NCBI GenBank assembly: GCA_963768305.1
Contig: CAVYHE010000003.1
Coordinates: 192,001-256,000, forward strand
DNA: 64,000 nt
From: an uncultured bacterium
GTDB taxonomy: Bacteria; Margulisbacteria; WOR-1; CAVSGV01
Reading direction: 5' to 3'
In this document: piece after piece, positions 1 to 11,094 of the stretch
How the letters are laid out: every line of letters starts with the position of its first letter
Position numbering within the stretch: position 1 is the stretch's first letter
Made by a program: the position numbers and the translations under genes
Notes under the pieces: generated by a model
Database searches by the model: none
The model's input: the letters and a program-made list of their open reading frames with translations, nothing else
What the model was told of the DNA's origin: nothing

Positions 1-451
1 AATATCCATCGGGAAAGCTTTCGGGGGCGCCAGCGTCGCTTTTTTTCAGGGGATGATAATGCTGTCACTTTCGCCCCTTGTCGGGGTCAGATTCTCGTTT
101 TTTGTGCTTTTGATAAGCCTTATAGTGATGTTCGCCATTGCGTTCGCGATGTCGGCTCTGGGGATAATGATCGGTGCAAGGATAAAAGAAATGGAAGGAT
201 TTCAAGTGATAGTCAATTTCCTTATCATGCCAATCTTTTTCCTTTCCGGCGCGCTCTTTCCCCTTGACAGGCTTCCGCCTTGGCTGACTCTACTGACTCG
301 AATCGATCCCCTTACATACGGAGTTGACCTTCTCCGGGGGACGATGCTTCACGTCCATACCCTTCCGTTGACCCTGGACCTGACGGTCTTGTGCTTTTTT
401 GCTCTTGTAATGCTGGCTATAGCGGTGATAGAATTCAATTTGCTGGATTAA
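1..451 (+). CDS. ABC-2 type transporter permease, 5'-truncated by the window edge
   Basis: Hydrophobic ORF with the ABC-2 motif [16 protein letters not shown]...DPLTYGVD. Confidence 0.85.
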   Translation, partial: ISIGKAFGGASVAFFQGMIMLSLSPLVGVRFSFFVLLISLIVMFAIAFAMSALGIMIGARIKEMEGFQVIVNFLIMPIFFLSGALFPLDRLPPWLTLLTRIDPLTYGVDLLRGTMLHVHTLPLTLDLTVLCFFALVMLAIAVIEFNLLD

Positions 452-474
452 AAATTCAAACCAGGGAGGTTACT

Positions 475-1829
475 ATGAAAGAAAAGAAAATATTGCTCAG
501 TGAAAAGGATATTCCGCAGAAATGGTATAACATTATTCCCGATCTTCCCAAGCCCCCGGCGCCGCCTCTGCATCCCGGAACTCATCAGCCGATAGGGCCT
601 CAGGACCTGGCGCCGCTGTTCCCGATGGCATTGATCAAACAGGAAGTTTCCGCGGACCCGTGGATAGAGATACCGGATGAACTTATCGAGATATATAAAA
701 TGTGGAGGCCTACGCCGCTGGTGCGGGCTTACAACCTTGAAAAAGCGCTTAAGACAAAAGCCAGGATATATTATAAAAATGAAAGCGTTTCTCCCGCGGG
801 TTCGCATAAGCCCAACACGGCGGTGGCGCAGGCCTATTACAACAAGAAAGAAGGCGTGAAGAGGATAGCGACGGAAACAGGCGCGGGGCAGTGGGGGAGC
901 GCGCTGGCTTTCGCGTGCAATATATTCGGGCTTGAATGCCAGGTATATATGGTAAAGGTCAGCTACGAACAAAAGCCGTACAGGAAAATATTGATGCAGA
1001 CCTGGGGCGCGACAGTGGATCCTTCCCCGACAATGAAGACCGAAGCGGGAAGGAAGATAAACAAGGAAACGCCGGGATCGTTGGGAAGCCTGGGGATCGC
1101 AATATCAGAAGCTGTAGAAGATGCTGTCAAGCGAGAAGATACAAAATATTCGCTTGGTTCTGTCTTGAACCATGTTCTTATGCATCAGACCATCGTGGGG
1201 CTTGGAAGTAAAAGAACAGCTTAAGATCGCCGGCGAAAAAGGCCCTGACGTGATGGTCGGATGCGTGGGCGGCGGGAGCAATTTCTCGGGTTTCTGCTTT
1301 CCCGTTCATAAAAGATAAGATAAAAGGCGGAAAGAACATAAAATTCGTCGCCGTGGAGCCCATGGCCTGCCCGACGATGACAAAAGGCCCTTACAGCTAT
1401 GATTTCGGCGATACAGCCGGAATGACCCCGCTGGTGCTGATGCATACGCTCGGACATACTTTTGTCCCTTCAGGCATCCATGCGGGAGGGCTCAGGTATC
1501 ACGGCAATGCACCGCTTTTAAGCTTGCTTGTCGACCAGAAGATAGTCGAACCAAGGGCATATCATCAGACGGAATGTTTTGAAGCAGGGATGCTTTTCGC
1601 AAAGACAGAAGGGATACTGCCGGCGCCTGAAACAACCCATGCTATTAAAGGAGCCATAGACGAAGCTATTGCGGCCACGGAGGAAAAAGTGATCGTATTC
1701 AATTTCAGCGGACACGGGCATTTTGACCTTGCCGCATATGATGCTTATCTTTCCGGGAAAATAAAGGATTTCGCGTATCCCGCAGATGAGATAAAAGAAG
1801 CGTTAAAGCATATTCCGCAGGTTAAATAG
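475..1829 (+). CDS. trpB2: Tryptophan synthase beta chain 2 (TrpB2), frameshifted near 1200-1350
   Basis: GGAGG RBS then ATG at 475; motifs [30 protein letters not shown] and FNFSGHG are spread over ORFs 391..1224 and 1353..1829. Confidence 0.9.
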
Positions 1830-1839
1830 GGAGGATAAA

Positions 1840-2418
1840 ATGAAAAGTTTAAAAGGCACACGAGACGGAAAAGAATCTTCTGACAGCGTTTGCAGGGGAA
1901 TCGCAGGCGAGGAACAGGTATACGTATTTTGCTTCCGCGGCAAAAAAAGCAGGATTTGAGCAGATATCGGCCATATTCCTGGAAACGGCGGAAAATGAAA
2001 AGGAGCACGCGAAGAGGTTCTTTAACGCTTTGGAGGGCGGCGATGTGGAAATAACTGCCGCGTATCCGGCCGGGAGTTGTCGGAGATACTGCCTGCAATC
2101 TTGAGGCGGCCGCTGCCGGGGAGCATCATGAATGGACGGAGCTTTATAAGGATTTTGAGAGAGTCTGCCGCTGACGAGGGCTTTTCGGAAATTGCCAGGC
2201 TGTTCAAGGAGATATCCGAAGTTGAGGAACAGCATGAAAACAGATACAGGAAACTTTTAAAGAACGTTAAAGAAGGAAAGGTTTTCAAGCGCGATACAGT
2301 TGTTAAATGGCACTGCAGGAATTGCGGTTATGTCCACGAAGGGAAAGAAGCTCCGAATAAATGCCCCGCCTGCGCCCATCCTCAGGCATATTACGAGGTC
2401 TTGGCGGAGAACTACTGA
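1840..2418 (+). CDS. rbr: Rubrerythrin (frameshifted)
   Basis: GGAGG RBS; N-terminus MKSLKGT..EKNLLTAFAGESQARNRY read from the DNA; C-terminal rubredoxin domain WHCRNCGY...CPACAHP. Confidence 0.9.
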
Positions 2419-2429
2419 TCTAATTGTGT

Positions 2430-2512
2430 TGCCCGGGAGAGGACTCGAACCTCCATGCTGTTTAGGCATACGCACCTGAAGCGTACGTGTCTACCAATTC
2501 CACCACCCGGGC
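2430..2512 (-). tRNA. tRNA-Leu (anticodon CAG); CCA not encoded
   Basis: Reverse complement folds with acceptor GCCCGGG/CCCGGGC, anticodon arm TACGC-TTCAGGT-GCGTA, long variable arm and T loop TTCGAGT. Confidence 0.95.
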
Positions 2513-2529
2513 TCGATGATGTCTATAAT

Positions 2530-2615
2530 TGCCGCTGGTCGGAGTCGAACCGCCATGAGGGGTTAACCTCGCACGATTTTGAGTCGTGTGCGTCTGCCAA
2601 TTCCGCCACTTCGGC
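2530..2615 (-). tRNA. tRNA-Leu (anticodon CAA) with two acceptor-stem mismatches and one T-stem mismatch
   Basis: Anticodon arm CACGA-CTCAAAA-TCGTG, variable arm GAGG/CCTC, T loop TTCGACT; acceptor strands are GCCGAAG and CAGCGGC. Confidence 0.85.
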
Positions 2616-2640
2616 ATTCAAATAATCTCTAAACTTAATA

Positions 2641-2687
2641 CTGCCAGCCTGCCGCCGGCGTGCATCGCGGGGTTCCGCCACAGCGGC
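2641..2687 (-). pseudogene. tRNA-Leu-like 5' fragment with a 25-nt GC-rich insert in the D loop
   Basis: Minus strand reads GCCGCTG-TG-GCGGAA-[25 nt]-CTGGCAG, matching the 5' end and D arm of the adjacent tRNA-Leu. Confidence 0.6.
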
Positions 2688-2704
2688 AAGAAACTACAAC
2701 GGGC

Positions 2705-3675
2705 TTAATCTCTTCGAATATTCCCAATGACCTGAACTTTTTGTATCGCGATTCAACCAGTTCTGCCTTTGAGAGCTTGGTTCAATTCGGAAAGATTGCG
2801 CAGGAGCGACGCTTTTATGTTCTTCGCTGTCGCTTCGACATTATTATGGGCTCCGCCGACAGGCTCCTTTATTATCTCGTCTATTACTTTCAGTTCGATA
2901 AGGTCTTTTGCGGTTATCTTTCAATGATTCGGCGGCTATCTTCGCCTTGGAAGCGTCCCTGTACAGTATGGATGCGCATCCTTCCGGCGAGATGACCGAG
3001 TAAATTGAATATTCAAGCATAAGCACCTTATTTCCCACGCCTATGCCAAGCGCTCCGCCGCTTCCGCCTTCTCCGGTAATAACTACAATAATAGGGACCT
3101 GAAATCCTGCCATTTCCCTAAGATTTCTTGCTATGGCTTCGGCAACGGACCTTTCTTCTCCGGCGATCCCCGGATAAGCTCCTGCAGTATCGATGAAAGT
3201 GATGATCGGCTTTTCAAAATTATCTGCCATCTGCATAAGCCGGAGCGCTTTCCTGTATCCTTCTGGGTTTGCCATTCCCCAGCGCCTGTAAATGTTCTCT
3301 TTTGTCGAACTGCCTTTCTGATGGCCTATTATAACAACGGATTGCCCGTCAAGTTTTGCTATGCCTCCGATCATCGCGGGGTCGTCGGCAAAGTATCTGT
3401 CGCCGTGAAGCTCCTGAAAATCAGTGAAAATATATTTAACAAGGTCAAGTGTGGAAGGCCTCAGGACATGCCTTGCGATAGATACTATCTGCATCGGGAT
3501 CAAGATTCGCGAAGATCTCTTTCCTTCGCATCTCTATCCTTTTCTGCAGGGCTTCGATCTCAGTTTGAAGGTCGATCTTACCGTGCTTGGAAAGCCGTGT
3601 CAGCTCATCCACTTTCTTGAAAAGCTCGGTCAGCGGTTTTTCGAAATCCAGCAATCCTTTTGGCGTGTTCGGCAT
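2705..3675 (-). CDS. accA: Acetyl-CoA carboxylase carboxyltransferase alpha, frameshifted; 3' end uncertain (as read, the last frame runs to 2635)
   Basis: [60 protein letters not shown] and C-terminal RYKKFRSLG. Confidence 0.92.
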
Positions 3676-3678
3676 TAT

Positions 3679-4540
3679 TCACTCCATGAAGAACTTTAAG
3701 GTCTTTGTAAGAGTGTCCTTAAGGTCCTTCCTTTCTACTATCATGTCAATGAAGCCGTGTTCTAGGAGGAATTCGGCCCTCTGGAAATCCGGCGGAAGTT
3801 TTTGTTTAATTGTTTGCTCGATAACTCTTGGTCCGGCAAAACCGACAAGTGCTCCCGGTTCGGAAATGATGATATCCCCAAGCATCGCGTAGCTTGCCGA
3901 AACCCCCGCCATTGTCGGGTCCGTGCAGACGGAAATGAAAGGCAGTCTGGCTTGTTTCAGTTTATACAGCGCGGCGGATGTTTTCGCCATCTGCATGAGG
4001 CTCATTATGGCTTCCTGCATCCTGGCGCCGCCGGAAGCGTTGAATATCACTACCGGCATCTTGTTTTCAATGGAGGTTTCTATAAGGCGGGTCACTTTTT
4101 CTCCCACAACGGAGCCAAGGCTCCCGCCAATGAAGCTGAAATCCATTATTCCCAGACCAGTTTTCATTCCGCCTATCTTTGCTTCACCGGTGATTATCGC
4201 TTCATTAAGGCCGGATTTCTTTTTGGCTTCTTCAAGGCGCTTGGAATAGGGCATGGCATCGGTGAATTTCAGGAAATCTTTTGAGACGACCAGGTTGAAT
4301 TGCTCGGTGAAAGAGCCCTCGTCGGCGGTTATCTTTAACCTTTCGGAGCAGGTCAGCTTAAAGTGAAAGCCGCATTTCGGGCAAACCCTGAGATTGGCTT
4401 CCAGATCGTGGCTGTATATGGTGGCTTTGCACTTGTAGCATTTGACCCATAAATTACCCGGGCAGATCCAGCTTTTCTGTTTTCGCCTCGATCTCTTTTT
4501 GCTCTTTTTTCTTCTGGAACCATTCATTAATTGATTTCAT
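3679..4540 (-). CDS. accD: Acetyl-CoA carboxylase carboxyltransferase beta (frameshift near the N-terminus)
   Basis: Zn finger LWVKCYKC...VCPKCGFH, FIGGSLGSVVGEK, SGGARMQE, GFAGPRVIEQT; probable start MKSINEWF at 4540. Confidence 0.95.
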
Positions 4541-4613
4541 AAAAAACGTATGTTATTATACATCAGATTTCGATGATATAGAATTGATAATTTTGAATGG
4601 AAAGAGGTAATCA

Positions 4614-4880
4614 ATGGCGAACATCAAGGCTGCGATCAAATATATAAGGAAATCAAGGAAAAACAGGGCAAGGAATGTTGCCGTTAAAGGCAATTTAAAG
4701 AAACTTCTCAAAAGCGCGTTAAAACTCATCGCGTCCAAGGAAAAGGGCGCTGCGAATGCCGCGAAAGCTTTCATCAGCGCGGTAGACAAGGCCTCTGAGA
4801 ACGGGATAATCCACAAAAATGCGGCCGCGAGGAAAAAATCAAGGATAATGGCCAAGTTGAATGCCATCCTCAAAAAATGA
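4614..4880 (+). CDS. rpsT: 30S ribosomal protein S20
   Basis: MANIKAAIK...[29 protein letters not shown]. Confidence 0.97.
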   Translation: MANIKAAIKYIRKSRKNRARNVAVKGNLKKLLKSALKLIASKEKGAANAAKAFISAVDKASENGIIHKNAAARKKSRIMAKLNAILKK

Positions 4881-5675
4881 TCAAATAAGGCTTCGGGCGT
4901 TCGCGAAGATAAATCTCTCCCTTAAGATCCTCGGAAAACGCGATGACGGCTATCACGATATTGATTCCGTCATGCAGTCAATATCGCTCCACGATGAGAT
5001 AATCATCAAACTATCTGATGCCGGCATTCATTATCAATTGTTCAGCGCCCGGCATAAAGAATAATATCGCTCAAAAGGCCGCCGAGTTGCTTTTAAAGGA
5101 AATGAAGATAAAAAACGGGGTCCATATTTCGATCAAAAAAAACATTCCTTTATCAGCAGGGCTGGGTGGCGGGTCTGCTGATGCGGCTGCCGTTTTGATA
5201 GGATTGAATGCTCTTTTTAATTTGAATATACATAAGGACAAACTGATCGAGCTTGGAGCAAAACTCGGTGCGGATGTGCCTTTTTGCTTGGTCGGCGGGA
5301 CCGCCCGGTGCCTTGGCGTGGGCGACAAAATTGAGAAGATAAATCCAAAGACCGGTTCGGCATTTTTGCTTGTAGTGCCGAATATCGAGGTTTCGACACA
5401 GGGACGTTTACAAGAGATATGATGAAGTTGGTGCCGGACATTCGGATAATGAGCTTGAAAGATCGGCCGTTGACCTGTTCCCGAAGATCAAGGAGATCAG
5501 GGAAACACTGGACAGGGTAACCCGGAAAGGATGGAAAATGTCCGGTTCCGGACCGGCTTTATATCTTGAACTCATGGACATGTCAGAATCCGAAAAATAC
5601 CTGCCTTTGATAAGCAAGCTTGATTGCGTTGATCATTTGGTGAAAAGGATGGATGCCGGCGTAGAACTGTTTTAA
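4877..5675 (+). CDS. ispE: 4-diphosphocytidyl-2-C-methyl-D-erythritol kinase (frameshifted)
   Basis: [47 protein letters not shown] and MSGSGP across several frames. Confidence 0.92.
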
Positions 5676-5676
5676 C

Positions 5677-5706
5677 TTGACAATAAAGTTATCAAACTAC
5701 TACAAT
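5677..5706 (+). promoter_or_regulatory. Sigma70-type promoter of the efflux operon
   Basis: TTGACA (5677) - 18 nt - TACAAT (5701). Confidence 0.7.
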
Positions 5707-5707
5707 A

Positions 5708-5734
5708 TCATACTAATCATACTTTTCATATTTT
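5708..5734 (+). repeat. Three 9-bp-period direct repeats (TCATAYT core), candidate operator
   Basis: TCATACTAA TCATACTTT TCATATTTT directly after the -10 box. Confidence 0.5.
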
Positions 5735-5770
5735 GATTCTCTGGTGGATTATTAAAGGGGGAAATGATCG

Positions 5771-7137
5771 ATGAAAAAATATGTCTTATTATTATCTGTG
5801 ATCTTGATTGCGTTCAATGTGAATGGGGCATTTGCTGATCCGACCGCTGAAGCTGTTAAGACGTTATCACTGAAAGACAGCATTTCCTTCGCAATGGAAA
5901 AAAGCCCTGCCATTATCGCCGCCAAAGAAAATGCGAAAGCCGCAGATGCGAGAGTGGGGCAGGCTTTCGGCGCCGTTCTTCCGAACCTTTCATTGACCGG
6001 CACTTATGGGAATGCGGCCTCTCAGCCTACCACATTCGTTATTCCTGCCGGGCTGTTCGGCTCTTCTGAATCGACAATGGATGTGGGTACAACGGAAACT
6101 TATGTGCAAAGCGGCTATGATCTCACTCTTTCTCAGCCGCTATATACCGGGGGAAAACTTTCCGGCGCTTTGGATATTGCAAAACTATATCTGAATATTT
6201 CGAACGAAAACCTCAGAAAAGCGGAGATCGATCTTAAGTATAATGTAATAAATGCTTATTACGGGGTATTGAGGGCGAAAAAATTACATGATCTTGCGCA
6301 GGATTCCCTGGATATGGCCAATTCGCACAGAGATCAGGTCAAAGCAATGTATTCTGCCGGAACTGCCACAAAAGCTGATATTCTCCGTACGGAAGTTCAG
6401 GTCGCGGATACGGAGCTCGCGCTTAAAAAAGCTGCCAATGCGCTTGCTCTGTGCAAAGGATGCTTTCAATAATGTTCTTGGATGGGACCTGGAATCTCCC
6501 GTTGAATTAAGCGTTAAGGATTTTGTCCTGGAATCCGTACAGCCCACTCCTTACAAGGAATGCGTGGCAATGGCATTTGATTCAAAACCCGATTGGAATA
6601 TCTTCCAGTTGAATAAAAAGATAAGCGACAGGACAGTGGGGCTTATGAACGCGAATTATTTCCCGTCTCTTGCGCTTGTCGGCACTTACGGCAACAGGAA
6701 AATGACGTATCCGGAATATCCCGGCAACACCGATATTACTTCCTGGTCTATTTCCGCCAACGGTTCATGGACTTTGTTCGACGGATTTTCCACGGGCGCA
6801 AAGGTAAAGGAAGCCGAATCGAACCTGAACGCAATAAAAGCGAACGAGGAATCCACCCGGAACGGCGATAATCCTGGAGGTGAAAGACGCCTGCCTGAAC
6901 CTGGGCAGCGCCATCGATGAGATAGGGAGCGCAAAAAAAGCCGTGGACCTCGCAGACGAGAACTACAAGATCTCCCAGGAAAAATACAGGAGCGGCATCG
7001 GGTCGAACCTGGAAATGATAGACGCGCAGACGGCTCTTGTTCAGGCGAGGACAGATCTTTATCAGGCGCAATTCGATTATCAGACAAATAAGGCAAAAGT
7101 GAATCAAGTTATCGGGAAAGATATCTATTCATTTTAA
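5771..7137 (+). CDS. TolC family outer membrane efflux protein (three frameshifted pieces)
   Basis: Signal peptide, LSQPLYTGG, WTLFDGF, YRSGIGSNLEMIDAQ. Confidence 0.88.
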
Positions 7138-7151
7138 CGGGAGGTGTTCCA

Positions 7152-7400
7152 TTGATCAGGGATTTTGAGCTGAATTTTTATGATATGGTAACAGTGGGTG
7201 AAAGAGGCCAGGTAGTTATTCCGTCCTCGGCCCGCGGCGCGCTGGGCATAAAGCCGGGTGATAAGCTTATGGTCATGAAAGGGTTGATAGGGAGCTCGCT
7301 TGTGTTCATGAAAATGAAATCAATGAACGCTCTGCTCGAAAAAGCGATGAAAGCGACGGGTAAAATAAAGGTCGATTCGGGAAAAAGGAGAACTATATGA
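7152..7400 (+). CDS. AbrB/MazE/SpoVT family DNA-binding protein
   Basis: VTVGERGQVVIPSSARGALGIKPGDKL; GGAGGT RBS, TTG start. Confidence 0.9.
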   Translation: MIRDFELNFYDMVTVGERGQVVIPSSARGALGIKPGDKLMVMKGLIGSSLVFMKMKSMNALLEKAMKATGKIKVDSGKRRTI

Positions 7401-8272
7401 ACATAATAGCTCTTTTGGACCGCATCAGGAATATGGGGAGGAAGGGAATAAGGAACCTTGTGATCATCATCGTGCTGGTCATTGCTGTCTTATATTCCGG
7501 TTACTGGGCTTTTAATGAATATATCAACAGGGACAAAATAACCGCATCAGGGACTATCGAAGCGGTGGAGACCACCGTTTCCACAAAAGTACCCGGAAGG
7601 ATAGTGTCTTTTTCCGTTGATGAGGGCGATACCGTGAAAAGCGGCTCTATAATCGCTTCGCTGGAATCATCGGAGCTTTACGCGGATTTCAAGCAAACCG
7701 TCGCCATCGAGAAATCGGCGCAGATCAAATATGACAATGCAATGAGGAATTACATCAGGAGTAAGTCATTGAAAAAGAGGAACATGATCAGCGATCAGGA
7801 TTTTGACAGTGTTACAAGTATTTATGAGGCTGCAGAGGCCGAATTGAACAGATCATCAGCCTCAAGGGCGGTTGCAGAGATCGCTTATAATGACTCCACG
7901 ATACAAGCTCCCATTTCCGGCACAATATTGACCAAAGCCGTAGAAATTGGAGACCTTCTTTCTCCTTTTTCCACTGTGGTGACAATGGCGGATCTTTCAA
8001 CGCTCGAAATGATGCTGTATGTTCCGGAAACAAGATACGGAAGGATCAAGCTTGGTGATAGTGTCGGCATATTTGTTGATTCGTATCCCGGGACGGAATT
8101 CACGGGCAAGGTGACATATATTTCCGACAAGGCGGAATTCACCCCGAAAAACATTCAAACAAAAGAGGAGCGGGTGACCCAGGTTTTCGGCATAAAAATA
8201 GAGATACCCAATCCGAAAATGGAGCTTAAACCCGGCATGCCTGCCGACGCGGTCATATACTTGTCAAAGTAA
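7397..8272 (+). CDS. HlyD/YbhG-like efflux periplasmic adaptor
   Basis: N-terminal TM helix, SGTIEA, IQAPISG, AEFTPKNIQTKEER..VF, LKPGMPAD. Confidence 0.9.
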   Translation: MNIIALLDRIRNMGRKGIRNLVIIIVLVIAVLYSGYWAFNEYINRDKITASGTIEAVETTVSTKVPGRIVSFSVDEGDTVKSGSIIASLESSELYADFKQTVAIEKSAQIKYDNAMRNYIRSKSLKKRNMISDQDFDSVTSIYEAAEAELNRSSASRAVAEIAYNDSTIQAPISGTILTKAVEIGDLLSPFSTVVTMADLSTLEMMLYVPETRYGRIKLGDSVGIFVDSYPGTEFTGKVTYISDKAEFTPKNIQTKEERVTQVFGIKIEIPNPKMELKPGMPADAVIYLSK

Positions 8273-8277
8273 ATTCC

Positions 8278-9022
8278 GTGGAAAAACCCGTTGTAATCGC
8301 GAACAAGCTTTCCAAAAAATTCAAGGATACTGTTGCCATATCCTCGCTGGACCTCGTTATTCAAAAAGGAGAGATTTTCGGCTTGCTGGGGCCGGATGGC
8401 GCCGGCAAATCCACTTTAATGAGGATGCTTTCCACTGTCATGCTTCCCACGTCGGGCAGCGCGCATGTACTTGGGCTGGACATCAAAAAAGACGAGGAAA
8501 AGATCAGGCGCAGGATAGGATACATGCCCCAAAAATTCAGCCTTTACGGAGACCTTACAGTTGACGAGAACATCGAATTCTTCGCTGATATCTATGATGT
8601 TGCAAAACAAGACATGGATTCTGTCAGGCAGAAAGCCCTTGATTTCACAAAATTGGAAACTTTCAGGTCTCGATACGCGCGCCAGCTTTCCGGAGGCATG
8701 CAGAAAAAGCTTGCTCTTGCCTGCGTTCTCATTCATACGCCTGAGATACTTTTTTTGGACGAGCCGACATTGGGCGTGGATCCTCTTTCAAGGCGCGAAT
8801 TCTGGCGGCTCCTGTACGGGCTTACCAACACTACCATTATCAGTTTCAACCCCATACATGGATGAGGCCGAACGCTGCAGCCGGATAGGATTGATACGCG
8901 ACGGCTCATTGCTTATATGCGATACACCTGAGCATATCAAAAAGACCACGAACCAGCCGACACTTGAAAAAGCATTCATCAATCTTATTGAACTCGCAAA
9001 ACCGCCGGAGAATAAAAGATAA
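8278..9022 (+). CDS. ABC transporter ATP-binding protein (YbhF N-half-like), frameshifted
   Basis: Walker A GPDGAGKST, LSGGMQKKL, LDEPTLGVDP, then STPYMDEAERC in the next frame. Confidence 0.9.
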
Positions 9023-9023
9023 T

Positions 9024-9977
9024 ATGCCTGAAATAACGATCACAGTAAAAGATCTTACCAAGAAATTCGGCGATTTCACCGCGGTCAACAGGATCAATTT
9101 CGACATAGCAAAAGGCGAGATCTTCGGTTTTCTCGGGCCGAACGGCGCCGGAAAGACGACCACCATAAAAATGCTTTGCGGGCTTATAAATTCAACTTCC
9201 GGGAAAGCAACTGTCGGCGGATTTGATATCTCAACTCAAAGCGAAGAAATTAAATGTATTATCGGTTACATGTCGCAGAAATTCTCTCTTTATGACGACC
9301 TGACGGTCTCCGAGAACATCGATTTCTTCGCCGGGATATATCAAACCCCGAGGGAGACCAGGGCAGAAAGGAAGAAAGAAATAATCGAGATATCCGAACT
9401 GAACGGGAAAGAGAATGTCTTGACCGGCGAGCTTGCTTCGGCAACGAAACAGCATCTTGCCCTGGGATGCGCCCTTATCAATGATCCGAAAATAATTTTT
9501 CTGGATGAGCCCACCGCGGGCGTGGATCCTCTGGCCAGGTCAAAATTCTGGGGCATCATAAAGGGCTTGTCGGGCAGGGGAGTGACGGTCCTCGTCACTA
9601 CCCATTATATGGATGAAGCAGAAAATTGCGACCGGATAGCTCTTATCAACGACGGGATACTTGCCGCCTGCGATACTCCGGAGAACTTGAAAAAGAACGA
9701 GATGAAAGGCTTTATTTATGAGATCGAATGCGGGAACATAATGAAAGCTCTTGAGCTGTTAAGGAAGCTTCCGCTTATTAGGGAGATCGCCCTATACGGT
9801 ATATATCTTCATGCGGTCGTCGATGATGAAAGATTCATCGATGACATCAAACGCGCCTTGACATCGAATTTCATAGAAGTTAAAAGGGTCGACAGGATAA
9901 CTCCTTCTCTTGAAGATGTGTTCGTATCCCTCGTAGAACGTCAGCAAAGGACAAAACAGGACAACAAAAATGCTTAA
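9024..9977 (+). CDS. ABC transporter ATP-binding protein (YbhF C-half-like)
   Basis: GPNGAGKTT, FLDEPTAGVDP, TTHYMDEAENCD; degenerate signature LASATKQ. Confidence 0.9.
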   Translation: MPEITITVKDLTKKFGDFTAVNRINFDIAKGEIFGFLGPNGAGKTTTIKMLCGLINSTSGKATVGGFDISTQSEEIKCIIGYMSQKFSLYDDLTVSENIDFFAGIYQTPRETRAERKKEIIEISELNGKENVLTGELASATKQHLALGCALINDPKIIFLDEPTAGVDPLARSKFWGIIKGLSGRGVTVLVTTHYMDEAENCDRIALINDGILAACDTPENLKKNEMKGFIYEIECGNIMKALELLRKLPLIREIALYGIYLHAVVDDERFIDDIKRALTSNFIEVKRVDRITPSLEDVFVSLVERQQRTKQDNKNA

Positions 9978-11094
9978 GCATATTTATGCGATGGCCAGGA
10001 AAGAATTCATCCACCTCATAAGGGATCCCAGAAGCCTTGTAATTTCCATATTTTTGCCGGTTTTCCTGCTGTTCATCTATGGTTATTCCGTATCGTTCGA
10101 CATAAAGAATATCCCTGTTGCAATACGCGACAATTCAAATTCATATCAAAGCAGGCAGTTGATAGATAATTTCCTCCACAGCGGTTATTTCCTTAAAGCG
10201 GCATCGCTTACCAGCGAGAACCAGTTCAGGGACGCATTGGACAGCGGGAACGCAAAAGCCATCATAAATATCCCGTCCGACTTTGCCAAGAACATACACA
10301 TGAGGAAGAAAGCCGTAATTCAGGTCATTCTTGACGGCTCGGACCCGACGGCCGCGGCTTCCGCTTTAAGCTATATCAACGGCATCGCGCAGCAGTTTTT
10401 CAGCGGATTACTTGTTATGCAATCCGTGCATAATCCGTCTGGTGCGGCGCCGGTCAATCTATTAACAAGGATATGGTACAACGAGAACCTGCGCAGTCTG
10501 AATTTTTATATCCCCGGTCTGATCAGTTCTATCCTTTTGATGCTTTCGGCTTCTCTTACATCCTTGACCATCGTCTCCGAAAAGGAAATGGGGACCATGG
10601 AAGCGCTCATTGCCAGCCCCATAAGAAAGAACGAACTGATGATAGGCAAGATACTGCCTTATGTGATGCTTGCTTTCTGGGATGTTGTGCTTGTCACGGC
10701 AGTCGGGCATTACTGGTTTATGGTGCCTATCAAGGGCAGCATAATCCTGCTTTTCATTTGCGCGACTATTTTTCTTACTGGTGCGCTTGCTTTGGGGCTT
10801 CTTTTTTCTGTTATTTCACAATCAAGCCAGGAAGCTATGCAGCTGGCTTTGTTGGCGACGATGCTTCCGTCCTTGATGCTTTCCGGAATGATATTTCCAA
10901 TAGAGAACATGCCGTTTTTCATTCAGCCTTTCACGTTCCTGGTTCCTGCCAGATATTTTATCAGCATATCCAGGGGGATATTCTTGAAGGGGATCGGAGT
11001 GTCCTATCTGTGGCCCCAAATTGCGATGCTCACCGTATTCGCGTTTATTCTAATGTGGCTTTGCATAAGATCGTTCAAGAAAAGGATCGATTAA
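9970..11094 (+). CDS. ABC-2 permease (YbhS-like)
   Basis: KEFIHLIRDPRSL, WYNENL, EKEMGTMEAL, LSGMIFPIENMP. Confidence 0.9.
   Translation: MLKHIYAMARKEFIHLIRDPRSLVISIFLPVFLLFIYGYSVSFDIKNIPVAIRDNSNSYQSRQLIDNFLHSGYFLKAASLTSENQFRDALDSGNAKAIINIPSDFAKNIHMRKKAVIQVILDGSDPTAAASALSYINGIAQQFFSGLLVMQSVHNPSGAAPVNLLTRIWYNENLRSLNFYIPGLISSILLMLSASLTSLTIVSEKEMGTMEALIASPIRKNELMIGKILPYVMLAFWDVVLVTAVGHYWFMVPIKGSIILLFICATIFLTGALALGLLFSVISQSSQEAMQLALLATMLPSLMLSGMIFPIENMPFFIQPFTFLVPARYFISISRGIFLKGIGVSYLWPQIAMLTVFAFILMWLCIRSFKKRID

Noticed and set aside
475..1829. Stand-alone trpB without trpA as a novelty
   Set aside because: Typical of the TrpB2 family
2660..2995. 111-aa plus-strand ORF
   Set aside because: Antisense shadow of the accA 3' region
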